This document shows, piece by piece, positions 20,185-29,629 of a DNA stretch of 64,000 bases. The stretch is taken from the NCBI GenBank assembly GCA_001776335.1, contig MFAZ01000043.1, positions 3,984-67,983 on the forward strand, given 5' to 3'. A program made the position numbers and the translations under genes. Position 1 is the first letter of the stretch, and each line of letters opens with the position of its first letter. This stretch comes from Candidatus Curtissbacteria bacterium RIFCSPHIGHO2_01_FULL_41_11. GTDB taxonomy: Bacteria > Patescibacteriota > Microgenomatia > Curtissbacterales > GWA2-41-24. The notes below the pieces were generated by a model, which saw only the letters and a program-made list of their open reading frames with translations, was not told the DNA's origin and did no database searches.

Positions 20185-23012
20185 GTGTGAAATATCTCTT
20201 TCATTGGTTTTTGCCAAGCGGTCTTTAATTTTCCTACGTCAACAGAAAAAAAGTTTTCAATTGATAATGTTTGTTTTTTAATCGTTTCTCCGAGTATCTT
20301 GTATGGAACATTTTTAAATAATTTATGCGCTTGTTCTTTACCTTTAACTTCCACAATAAAACAGCCGGCAGTCTCGTTGAAAAGAAAATAATCGGGTCTT
20401 ACTTTTTTATCGGTGATGATTTTCGCACCCATTGTTCCTCCAAGACACATTTCAAAAATCGCAGTTATAATTCCCCCTTCAGAAACATCGTGACACGAAA
20501 GAATTTTGCCATTTGAAATACCCTGATTTATTACATCCAAAACTTTAGGCAGAATTTTAAGATCTATTTTTGGAACGCTTTCTCCAAGAAGCTCGTTTTT
20601 GCTGAAATACACAGTACCGCCCATTGATGACATATCCATCTTTCCTACTTGTACAATGGTTGACCCAGTTTTTTTAAAGTCTGAAGAGGTGGTCTTTTTG
20701 ACGTCTGGTATTTTTCCAAAAACTGATATACACAGAACCGGCGGAATTTTTAGGACGAAGCCGTCATCTGATCGATATGTTGAGGAAAGGCTGTCTTTGC
20801 CGGAAATTACCGGAATTTTTAAGGTCTTCATAAAATCAACAACGGCTGTGACGGATCTATCCAGGGATCCTAAAGACTCTTCGTCCGGAAATGGCCAAAT
20901 ATAATTGTTGACTAGCGATGCGTCTTGATAGATTCCGCCAACGGCAACATAATTTGAAATTGCTTCTGTTGCCGCCCAAATACTTCCCCAATACGGGTCG
21001 ATTCTGTTTAAGATTGGGTTTAATCCGTGGGCGACAACCATTCCATATGGTTTGCCCAAAATAGGCCGGATTACTGCAGCATCATTAGGTCCATCATAAG
21101 ATTCTCCTGTAAATGGCTGAAGAACACTTGTTCCTTGGACGGTATGGTCATACATTCTAAGAATTGGTTCTTTAGAACATATATTTCCGTCTGACAGTAC
21201 GTCTTGCAAAGTTTTTATCCATTCGGTTTGGTTTTTGGGAATCTTTGGCGATTTATTTTCTTTTGATTTGGATTTAGCAACCTCTTCCGCATTCATTACC
21301 CTTTGCGGCAATCCTTCGTGCAGAAATTGCATTTCCAAATCGCAAACTTTTTCGCTGCCATAGAAAACTTTTAGTTTTTTGGTGTCGTCGAAAGTTCCTA
21401 ATGTTGAAATTTCGACGTTATATTTTCCGCAGATTTTTTTGAACTTATTGATTTTATTTTTTGGGATTGCAAGGACTATTCTTTCTTGGGATTCAGATAA
21501 CCAAATTTCCCAAGGGTTTAGCCCTTGGTATTTTAGCCTCTCATTTTTGAGTTGAACCGATACTCCGGTTTCGGCACCCATTTCCCCTATTGCTGATGAG
21601 AGGCCGCCGCCGCCGCTGTCTTGCATCGCACGTATGCAGTCTTGATCGCGAGCTTCAATAATTGCATCGAAAGTCCTTTTTTCTTCTATTGCATTACCTA
21701 TTTGGACTGCTTGGGCGTTGACTGTTATTGTCCTTTGAGTCATTTCACCCGAAGAAAATGTTGCTCCGTGTATTCCGTCCCTACCTACCCTTCCACCAAT
21801 ACTTACAACAACATCACTTTTTTGAACTTTACCCTTTTTGGCGTATTTTTTTGGAAGAATTCCGTATGCACCAACTAATATTGTCGGCTTGGCGCGAAAA
21901 TCGTCGTGGAAATGGAAGGAGCCATTATTGGTTGGAATACCCATTCTGTTTCCGTAATCACGGACGGCTGATACGACTCGGGAAAGAATGTATCTTGGGG
22001 GCAGAGAACCCTTTGGAAGCTTTTTCGGATTCAGGTCCCAGTTTGCAAGACAAAATATATCTGTAGAAATCACAGTTTTTGCTCCTTGTCCTGTCGCTAC
22101 GATATCCCTGAAAACTCCTCCGCTTCCAGTCATAGCACCACCGTATGGTTCTATTGCAGAAGGACTGTTGTGGGTTTCTCCTTTTCCGTTAATTGCCCAT
22201 CCGTCATAGAAATCCATTACCCCTGCATTGTCGACGAAGGCTGAAACGATATTCTTCTTATGCTTAAATGCTTCTTTTTTAAGCCGCGTAATAAAAGGCT
22301 CTTTTTCTTTTCCGCCAACAATTATTTTTGCCCTAAATGTTTTATGACCAGAGTGTTCGCTCCAAGTTTGTGCAAGAGTTTCGATCTCGCAATCTGTAGG
22401 CTCTCTTTCAATTTTTTTGAAATAGTTTTGGATCACTTTCATTTCTTCAAGATTAAGAAAAAGTTTATCTTTTGAAAGATTCATAAGTTCTTCGTCTGAT
22501 ATATTTCGTATTGTCAGAGTTTGAGTTTTGCCAACTTTGCCCGTTATTAAAAGAGTCTTGGGCCTTTGATCTACTATATGTTCTATCAGTGGGTTATATA
22601 GACGTAGTTTGGCTATGAGATTTTTTGCTTCACCTCTTGTAAGTTCTCCGAAAAACACATATTCCCATGACGAATCTGCTGCCGTTAGTTTTATTCCTAA
22701 ATCTTTTGCCGCCTTAAGGAGCGAGCCGACTTCCGGATTCATCACTCCGGGTTTGTAAGCAACTTCTATCGTTTGGTTTGCATCTTTTAAGATAGACCCG
22801 TTGTATGAAACATTCTGGTCAATTTCTTCATATAAAACTTTTTGGGTGAATTTTTTAAGATCTGGTTTCGAAATTCCTTCAAGGCGGTAGACTTTTACCG
22901 TCCTTATTTTTTTAATGGGATATGTTTTAAGTGCTCTTTTAATTTCGGTGAGTAGATCTTCGCCCCGCGAATCCCGTTCTGCTTTTGATGTAACTCTAAC
23001 TTCGTAAATCAT
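20181..23012 (-). CDS. purL: FGAM synthase synthetase subunit with N-terminal PurS-like domains
   Basis: AQTWSEHS.HK.F, ETHN.PSAIEPYGGA.TG, GRDGIHGATFSS, ISGKDS. About 160 aa N-terminal extension; no separate purS in the cluster. Confidence 0.94.
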   Translation of the reverse strand: MIYEVRVTSKAERDSRGEDLLTEIKRALKTYPIKKIRTVKVYRLEGISKPDLKKFTQKVLYEEIDQNVSYNGSILKDANQTIEVAYKPGVMNPEVGSLLKAAKDLGIKLTAADSSWEYVFFGELTRGEAKNLIAKLRLYNPLIEHIVDQRPKTLLITGKVGKTQTLTIRNISDEELMNLSKDKLFLNLEEMKVIQNYFKKIEREPTDCEIETLAQTWSEHSGHKTFRAKIIVGGKEKEPFITRLKKEAFKHKKNIVSAFVDNAGVMDFYDGWAINGKGETHNSPSAIEPYGGAMTGSGGVFRDIVATGQGAKTVISTDIFCLANWDLNPKKLPKGSLPPRYILSRVVSAVRDYGNRMGIPTNNGSFHFHDDFRAKPTILVGAYGILPKKYAKKGKVQKSDVVVSIGGRVGRDGIHGATFSSGEMTQRTITVNAQAVQIGNAIEEKRTFDAIIEARDQDCIRAMQDSGGGGLSSAIGEMGAETGVSVQLKNERLKYQGLNPWEIWLSESQERIVLAIPKNKINKFKKICGKYNVEISTLGTFDDTKKLKVFYGSEKVCDLEMQFLHEGLPQRVMNAEEVAKSKSKENKSPKIPKNQTEWIKTLQDVLSDGNICSKEPILRMYDHTVQGTSVLQPFTGESYDGPNDAAVIRPILGKPYGMVVAHGLNPILNRIDPYWGSIWAATEAISNYVAVGGIYQDASLVNNYIWPFPDEESLGSLDRSVTAVVDFMKTLKIPVISGKDSLSSTYRSDDGFVLKIPPVLCISVFGKIPDVKKTTSSDFKKTGSTIVQVGKMDMSSMGGTVYFSKNELLGESVPKIDLKILPKVLDVINQGISNGKILSCHDVSEGGIITAIFEMCLGGTMGAKIITDKKVRPDYFLFNETAGCFIVEVKGKEQAHKLFKNVPYKILGETIKKQTLSIENFFSVDVGKLKTAWQKPMKEIFHT

Positions 23013-24309
23013 TTTTTTTGAGCCTTTCTAAGTCACGCCAACCAATATCGGTCCTGTAATGCAAATTATCCCCTTCGATAAATAATTGTGACATAGCTTC
23101 GTATACTTTCTTTCTCGCATCAATTACTGTTTTTCCTTCCGCCACGACATGGAACAATCTTCCTGATGAGACAAAATACCTATCTTTTTCGCGTTTTACC
23201 CGAGCGCCATACATCGTCACATCTTTTAATTTGAGCACTTTTTTCAAACCGAATAGTTCTCTTTGTTTTTCTGGAATTCCAGGTTTAAGTGAACCAGTGA
23301 CGGCTACTCTGGCATTTCCGTCGGTCTTAATCTTTATATCATCAAGGGTGCCTTTTGAAACATGGACTGCGATTTCAAAGATATCGCTTTGTATTCCCGG
23401 AACAAGCACTTCTGCTTCCGGACTTCCCCAGCGTGCATTGAATTCAATGACAAAAACTTTATTATTGACAACAATTGCACCAAGGTAAAGAACTCCTTTG
23501 TATTGCCGTCCTTCTACTGCAAGACCTTGTATTGTTTTTTTTATGATTAATTCTGCCTGTTTGTAAATATTCTCGTTAACAATTAAGGGTGGGGTACTGC
23601 AACCTATCCCTCCAGTATTTGGGCCTTTGTCAGCATCGTAAAGTCTCTTGTGATCTTGTGCGCTTCCCACAATTTGAAATGTTTTGCCATCCGTTATTGC
23701 GAACATCGAGAATTCTTCTCCATCAAGCCATTGTTCAATTAAAAATGTTTCGCCTGCTTTTTTGAACTTTGACATTTGATCAATCGCATCAAAAGCCTGT
23801 TTGGTGTTTTCCGCTGGAATTGCTCCTTTTCCCTCAGCGAGTCCTGCCGCTTTTATGAAAAATCTTTTGTTTGGATTTTTGCTTATGAATTCTTTTGCGG
23901 GTTTTGTGGAATTAAAAACTCTATAAACGGGGGTGGGGATTTTATATTTTTTCATAAAATTACGTGCCCAAGCCTTATCCCACTCTATTTGGCCAGCCAT
24001 CCTAGTAGGTCCCAGTGTCATGATTCCTGTTTTTATTAAGTGATCTGTCAAACCTGCTTCCACGGCGTTGTCTTGGGCAACATCCACCAAAGTGACATTC
24101 TCCCTTTTGGAAATGTTGACTATTTCTTTTACGTCTGTGGTTTTGAGATCTGGGAAGATTTTTAAATTTTTTGTAGTATTGAGACCCATTAGGTCATTTC
24201 CTGGTACTGCAAGTAATTTTCCTACGTGTTTACTTTGAGAATATTTGTGGATTAAGGCGGCTCCTCTGCCCCCTGCGTCTACTACAAGAACAGTTGCGCT
24301 TTTTACCAT
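22996..24309 (-). CDS. purD: Phosphoribosylamine-glycine ligase
   Basis: KA.GLAEGKG, QDHKRL.D.D.GPNTGG.G, EFNAR.G.PE, YRTDIG. Confidence 0.95.
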   Translation of the reverse strand: MVKSATVLVVDAGGRGAALIHKYSQSKHVGKLLAVPGNDLMGLNTTKNLKIFPDLKTTDVKEIVNISKRENVTLVDVAQDNAVEAGLTDHLIKTGIMTLGPTRMAGQIEWDKAWARNFMKKYKIPTPVYRVFNSTKPAKEFISKNPNKRFFIKAAGLAEGKGAIPAENTKQAFDAIDQMSKFKKAGETFLIEQWLDGEEFSMFAITDGKTFQIVGSAQDHKRLYDADKGPNTGGIGCSTPPLIVNENIYKQAELIIKKTIQGLAVEGRQYKGVLYLGAIVVNNKVFVIEFNARWGSPEAEVLVPGIQSDIFEIAVHVSKGTLDDIKIKTDGNARVAVTGSLKPGIPEKQRELFGLKKVLKLKDVTMYGARVKREKDRYFVSSGRLFHVVAEGKTVIDARKKVYEAMSQLFIEGDNLHYRTDIGWRDLERLKKNDLRS

Positions 24310-24322
24310 GGGTTATTTTACT

Positions 24323-24922
24323 TTACGCACAAAGCTTTTGCAAAACTTTTACATAAAGAGCGTTTTCTTTTTTCTTGAGTCTTGTGTAGAGAGAATCAAC
24401 CGTATCATACTTTTGGGTTTTCACAAAAGCCCTTTCTAAAACCGGCCCAAAATCAAATTCATGAGTTAGGAAGTGAATACTGGAGCCGGCATACGTGGCT
24501 CTTTTATCGAGAAAGTTTTGGATAGCAACATTTGCCAACTTACCTTTATTCCAAATTGCATCTGTGCCATCCGGATTTTTAAATTTTACATTTTTGGTAT
24601 CTGGAATAATTCCGGGGTGGATATTCAAGATTCTTTTGGGAAATTTATCTATTACTTCGTCAGTTACTATTTGTTTCCACCCTGCAAGTGCGATGTAATC
24701 GGGTTTGTAACGTTCTAAAATTTTTATTAAATCTTCTTTTTTGGGAGAAATCGCAATTTTTATTTTGTGTTTTTTTGCTCTTGCTAGGCCTTTTGCGCCT
24801 GGTGTGTCGCTGATTACTATAACAATTTCAGCGTTAATTTCTTTTTTTTCGGTCGCGTCAATAATTGCCTGGAGATTGGTGCCTGTTCCGTAATTAGAGA
24901 TTAGAACAGCTAGCTTCTTCAT
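24323..24922 (-). CDS. purN: Phosphoribosylglycinamide formyltransferase
   Basis: LAVLIS..G.GTNLQAII, LAGW, LNIHPG, D.GP. Start taken at ATG 24922. Confidence 0.92.
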   Translation of the reverse strand: MKKLAVLISNYGTGTNLQAIIDATEKKEINAEIVIVISDTPGAKGLARAKKHKIKIAISPKKEDLIKILERYKPDYIALAGWKQIVTDEVIDKFPKRILNIHPGIIPDTKNVKFKNPDGTDAIWNKGKLANVAIQNFLDKRATYAGSSIHFLTHEFDFGPVLERAFVKTQKYDTVDSLYTRLKKKENALYVKVLQKLCA

Positions 24923-25032
24923 TGAATGCAAAAAAGTCTGAACTCCACTGAGCTTCTTTCATCCGACATTAAATTTGGGCAATTAATGCTTATATTATAT
25001 ATGAAATTAGCTCTGATTTTAAATCTTGACGA

Positions 25033-25233
25033 TTACTTCTCGTCTTTGAGGTATATTCCTAAAACTCCGAGTACTCCAGCTACAAGAAATAGTTGTGTGG
25101 GAGCTACATCGGTAAAATAATTTCTAGTAACTGATTCAAACACTGCTACCAAAATGAATAAGACTGTTAGAGCAATTAATATTTGTGAAATCGGATTGTC
25201 TTTTGATTTTTTAAATAAAGCTTTTTTGGCCAT
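25033..25233 (-). CDS. Small two-TM membrane protein
   Basis: MAKKALFKK followed by two hydrophobic helices; likely ATG at 25233. Confidence 0.65.
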   Translation of the reverse strand: MAKKALFKKSKDNPISQILIALTVLFILVAVFESVTRNYFTDVAPTQLFLVAGVLGVLGIYLKDEK

Positions 25234-25310
25234 AATTATATATTGACGCATAACAGTTGCGATGTCAAATTAATTGAAGTTGTTGCTCATTTTTGATAGA
25301 ATTGCTTACT

Positions 25311-25743
25311 ACTTTAGGGAAGAAGGGCGATCGCTACGCTCAGTTTATATGAACGTAGAGGAAAGTCCAGACAGCAGAAAGCAGGGTGCGGGGCGTAAGC
25401 TCCGACGCGTATCCTTCGATAAGCTCAGGGTAACCCGAGTAAATTGAAGGGTCAAGCGCTAGTATCCCGAGTACCGAAAAGGAAAGGGGGCGGATTCTGA
25501 ACTGACAGGATTCGAGAGCCACAGTGACGATTAGATCCTAAGTCCGTCAGCTGACGGATATGGGTCGAAATGAAACGGTAAAGGTAATCCTCCCTGCTGC
25601 AACCCAGAACAAAGCCAATAATCATGCTTTCGAGGGGGCTTTAAATAGGGGCATCCGCCGGAGAGGCGGACGAATTGATGAATATCATTTCGAGATAGAT
25701 GATCGCATTTTAACAAAATCTGGCTTACTCACTTCCCTAAAGT
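25311..25743 (+). ncRNA. rnpB: RNase P RNA
   Basis: GAGGAAAGTCC at 25358, GCCACAG, TGAAACGG, ACAAAATCTGGCTTA. P4 pairing is AGTCCAGA/TCTGGCT. Terminal helix is ACTTTAGGGAAG/CTTCCCTAAAGT, followed by a T-run. Confidence 0.93.
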
Positions 25744-25751
25744 TTTTTTGC

Positions 25752-26780
25752 TTACTCTTCTATCAGTCCGTCTTCCAACTTTTGATCCTCCATCAACAGT
25801 TCTTTTATAAGTATTTTTACAACAACTATTATAGGGATTGCGAAAAAGGCACCGCCTACTCCAGAAAGCTTGGCACCAATAAGAAGGGCCAGTATTACTG
25901 CCGGCGGCTGCAAACCAACTACTTTGGACATGACCATTGGTACTATTAAGTGATTTTCCAGCTGCTGCACAACGACGTACATTGCAATTGTCGCAAGACC
26001 AAGCACCGGTGAAATGCTAAGCCCAACAAGAACGCCAGGAATTGCAGCAATTAGAGGGCCAATTATCGGAATGATTTCAAACATTCCAGATATTAATGCC
26101 AAGGGCAATGCGTATGGGACATTAAGAATAATAAGCCCGATGTAAGTAAAAACACCAACAACTACTGATAGGGCCAACTGACCGCGAATCCAGCTACCAA
26201 GACCTTTTTCGACTTTGGAAATTATACTTACAACCTTTTTTTCCTGTCTTCCGGAAAACGGAGAGGATATGACTCTGACTATGTTTTTCCATTCCAAAAT
26301 CAAATAAAAAGTGAAGACTAAAAGAGTTAAAAGCAAAATTATACTTGAGAGGATTGCTTTTGAGATGTCAATTACGTTGCCGGCAAAACTCTGAACCTGC
26401 TGGGTTAAGACCCGGGCGAAATCTTCTGTTGGAATTTTGTTAAATACAAGAAAATCGTTAACTGTGGAAACAATCCGGGGAATTCCTGATATAAAATCTG
26501 ATGTTTGAGCAACCAGTGGCGGAACGATAATGGCAATAGTCGCCGAAAGCAGTCCAATTACAATTATATATACCAAAAGAGTCGCGAGTGCGCGCGGGAC
26601 CCTTTTTGCAGTCAACCATTCTACGGGCTTTAGGAGTGCAGATAGTACGATTGCTGAAAGAAAAAGGAAAATTATAATTTCTTTAAGCTGAATGATGAGC
26701 CAAAGACCAATTAAAAAAGCGGTTGTAAAAACAACAGTTTTATATGAAACCTCTACTCTTACGGGAGATTTTTCAAGCAT
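25752..26780 (-). CDS. AI-2E family transporter
   Basis: L.P.V..L, WIRGQ, IP.IGP, QQLEN.LI.P, GA.FAIP. Confidence 0.93.
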   Translation of the reverse strand: MLEKSPVRVEVSYKTVVFTTAFLIGLWLIIQLKEIIIFLFLSAIVLSALLKPVEWLTAKRVPRALATLLVYIIVIGLLSATIAIIVPPLVAQTSDFISGIPRIVSTVNDFLVFNKIPTEDFARVLTQQVQSFAGNVIDISKAILSSIILLLTLLVFTFYLILEWKNIVRVISSPFSGRQEKKVVSIISKVEKGLGSWIRGQLALSVVVGVFTYIGLIILNVPYALPLALISGMFEIIPIIGPLIAAIPGVLVGLSISPVLGLATIAMYVVVQQLENHLIVPMVMSKVVGLQPPAVILALLIGAKLSGVGGAFFAIPIIVVVKILIKELLMEDQKLEDGLIEE

Positions 26781-27721
26781 TAAGCACTATGATACCAAGC
26801 CTCGACTGTTTTTTCTAATTTTTGGAAATAACTTGGGTTTGAAATATCAAAAATTTTAATATCTTTAAATTTGTTAAACCATGTTTTTTGTCTTCTGATA
26901 AGATCGTGAATGTCTCCTTTTAACCTTTCTTGAGCCTCAGGTTTGGTAGTTTTGCCGGTTAAAAATCGTGATATCCACCTGTACTCCAGCCCTATATCAT
27001 CTAACCATTCCTGGCTTACCCCATTTTTGATTAATGAGTCTATCTCTTCCACTAAATTGTGTTCTAATCGGGTCTCGAGCCAAATGTCTGATTTTTTGTA
27101 TAGATAGTTATTTGGCGCGGTTAGGCCAATGAGTAAAAAGTTTGTAGGTGGTAGAGGGTGGACAGTAGATGGTTCTTTGTTGGTATAGGTGGCTATTTCA
27201 ATAGCACGGATCAAACGGCGGGGATTCTTTTTGTCGGATTGATTCATCGATTCGACGCGAGCAGGATTGAGTTTTGCTAGCATTTTGTAAAGTTCTTCTG
27301 TAGATAACCTTTCAAGTTCTTGACGAAGTTTTAAATTTGAGGGTATGCCTGAAGAATTAATGCCCTTTAGGAGACTGTTTATGTAAAATCCAGTTCCCCC
27401 TGTGATTATTGGTAGTTTGTTTTCGTCTGTTATTTGTTTGATTTTTAATGTAGCTATCTTGATGAAATCTGCGGCTGTGAAGCGTTTTCCTGCGCCAATA
27501 ATATCGAATCCGTGAATTTTAACTCCGTTTACTATCCAGTAGCCTTCATATTTTTCAACTCTTGAATCAAAACTTACTTTTCCTGTCCCTATGTCCAGTT
27601 TTTTATAGACTTGCCTGGAATCAGCAGAAATAATTTCACCTTCAAATTTTTTTGCCAGTTTTATAGATAGACTCGTTTTACCGGTTACTGTCGGACCATA
27701 GATTATTAATACTTTATTCAT
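26780..27721 (-). CDS. miaA: tRNA dimethylallyltransferase
   Basis: GPTVTGKT, IISADSRQVY..LDIGTGK, GGTGFY, RRQKTWF. Confidence 0.96.
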   Translation of the reverse strand: MNKVLIIYGPTVTGKTSLSIKLAKKFEGEIISADSRQVYKKLDIGTGKVSFDSRVEKYEGYWIVNGVKIHGFDIIGAGKRFTAADFIKIATLKIKQITDENKLPIITGGTGFYINSLLKGINSSGIPSNLKLRQELERLSTEELYKMLAKLNPARVESMNQSDKKNPRRLIRAIEIATYTNKEPSTVHPLPPTNFLLIGLTAPNNYLYKKSDIWLETRLEHNLVEEIDSLIKNGVSQEWLDDIGLEYRWISRFLTGKTTKPEAQERLKGDIHDLIRRQKTWFNKFKDIKIFDISNPSYFQKLEKTVEAWYHSA

Positions 27722-27748
27722 TTGATCTTTATATTTTATATTTCCAGC

Positions 27749-27842
27749 TTATATTCGCACGTAGAAAATCCTACACTCTTAGTGTAGGGATGAGTGCAAA
27801 AAAAAGCGAATACATACTTTTGGGGGTCAAAGCCTAAAAGTA
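27749..27842 (+). repeat. Two-hairpin dispersed element, copy B
   Basis: Stems CCTACACT-CTT-AGTGTAGG and TACTTTTGG...CCTAAAAGTA; homologous to 1056-1147. Confidence 0.75.
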
Positions 27843-27865
27843 ATAGAGAAGGTTATAATAATTTT

Positions 27866-29620
27866 ATGAAAGAATTAAATTTAAGAGAATTTTTGTTAAA
27901 ACGCCTTCCAGTTTTAGCTCTTTTTATAGTAATTGCTTTTCATTTATCACTTATAAATAAAACTTTTAGCGAGGACTCAAATGGAAATCTCAGGGCTGCT
28001 TCTGCCGGATATGGAGATATTCCTTTCCATATGACCCAAGTAAGTAAATTTGCATTTCAAAAAAATTTCAATTTCAACGAGCCTATATATGACGGAGAAA
28101 GGTTGCGATATGCATTCGGTATAAACCTGATAAGCGGTTTTCTGTTGCGCTACACCAACAGTTGGCCTCTTGCGATGCATCTGCCTGCAATGGGGTTTAT
28201 GGTTGCAGGTATCATCCTGACGTATCTGAGTTACCGGTTGTTTTTGAAATCAGAAACAGGAGCCGTGATTGCGGTTGTCATATTTTTGCTGGGTTCGGGA
28301 TTTGGGGCAGGTTATCTGTTTCGCGATTATTCACAAAGTACGAACATTTCGAATACTAGTTTTTTTCAGTATATAACCGATACTACCGCTTCAACCATTA
28401 CGAAATGGAATGCAATATATCCTGACCAAAATATCGCTTGGGGTGCGCCTCTTTCGCTTGTCTTTTTACACCAGCGAGCTTTTTTTATCGGATTTTTTTT
28501 GTTTTCTCTGTTTTGGTATCTACTTTGGAATTGGATTAAATATCCAGATAAGGTGAAGTGGGTACTTTTGCTTGGTGTAGTCGTGGGGCTTACTCCACTT
28601 GCTCATTACCATTCCTTTGTTGCAATGCTGGTGGTGCTTGGAGTGGTTGCTTTTGTTGGAATTATCAAACAAAAAAAAGTACTTGTAATACGTCTTATTC
28701 TTCTGGGTTTTATTATTTTAGTTTTGGCAATACCTCAGGTTTTATATCTCGTTCAGGGTAAAAGTAATTTGACTTCTTCTCAAAATTCGTTTCTTCAACT
28801 TCGGCTTGGTTGGATGAGTCAACCAACAACGGGTTCGATTCAATTTCCTTCTGAGTCTGATGTCTCTGGCAGAGTCATAGCTTTTTTAAATTTCTTATGG
28901 ATAAATTTTGGAATTATTCTGCCCATGTTTATATTTAGCACTGGAGTATCTTTAAAATCTAAAAGATTCAGGGAACGTTTTGGCGGTGTGTTAATTTTGT
29001 CGCTTGCAGCAATAGTGTTATTTTTATCGGTACAACTTATTAGATTCCAACCTTGGGATTACGATGATAATAAGATTTTGGTCTATTTCCAATTTTTCGC
29101 AGCACCGGTAATTGTCTCATTTTTTTTATGGCTTTTGGCATATAGAAAATTGGTGGGGCGCATTTTACTTGCAGCGTTCACCGTAGTTGCAATTCATTCA
29201 GGTGTGGTTGATCAAATTCCGCGTCTTTTGGTTAGCATAGATGATACACCTGTTATTTTTAACAGGGACGCTATTTCTCTTGCCGAATTTATAAAAGAGT
29301 ATATTCCAGCAGATAAAAAAATAATAACAACATCCACTCATTTGAACCCAGTTGCGTCACTTGCAGGTAGATCTGTTTTTGTCGGATATCCTGGTTGGCT
29401 ATGGACGCGTGGAATTGATTATAGTTTGCGAGAGTCGCATCTTAAGGAATTTTACGCTGACCCTATCGCTAATTTAAATAAGTCCTACATCAGTCAAGCA
29501 TATTATGTGCTTCTTGATCCGACAGCTGTTTATGATTGGAAAGCCTCCGAAGAAGTTTTTGATGAAAAATTAAACAGGATTTTTAGCAACGATACTTACA
29601 GTTTTTACAAATTAAGATAA
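27866..29620 (+). CDS. Large polytopic membrane protein, probable GT-C fold glycosyltransferase
   Basis: YGD.PFH, P.Y.G..L.Y, D..K motifs, many TM helices, C-terminal GR...GYPGWLWT. ATG 27866 preferred because the ORF-track start lies inside repeat B. Confidence 0.75.
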   Translation: MKELNLREFLLKRLPVLALFIVIAFHLSLINKTFSEDSNGNLRAASAGYGDIPFHMTQVSKFAFQKNFNFNEPIYDGERLRYAFGINLISGFLLRYTNSWPLAMHLPAMGFMVAGIILTYLSYRLFLKSETGAVIAVVIFLLGSGFGAGYLFRDYSQSTNISNTSFFQYITDTTASTITKWNAIYPDQNIAWGAPLSLVFLHQRAFFIGFFLFSLFWYLLWNWIKYPDKVKWVLLLGVVVGLTPLAHYHSFVAMLVVLGVVAFVGIIKQKKVLVIRLILLGFIILVLAIPQVLYLVQGKSNLTSSQNSFLQLRLGWMSQPTTGSIQFPSESDVSGRVIAFLNFLWINFGIILPMFIFSTGVSLKSKRFRERFGGVLILSLAAIVLFLSVQLIRFQPWDYDDNKILVYFQFFAAPVIVSFFLWLLAYRKLVGRILLAAFTVVAIHSGVVDQIPRLLVSIDDTPVIFNRDAISLAEFIKEYIPADKKIITTSTHLNPVASLAGRSVFVGYPGWLWTRGIDYSLRESHLKEFYADPIANLNKSYISQAYYVLLDPTAVYDWKASEEVFDEKLNRIFSNDTYSFYKLR

Positions 29621-29629
29621 CATATAAGT

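Noticed and set aside
25340-25949. ORFs overlapping 25.3-25.9 kb
   Set aside because: The region is RNase P RNA and the antisense strand of the AI-2E gene.
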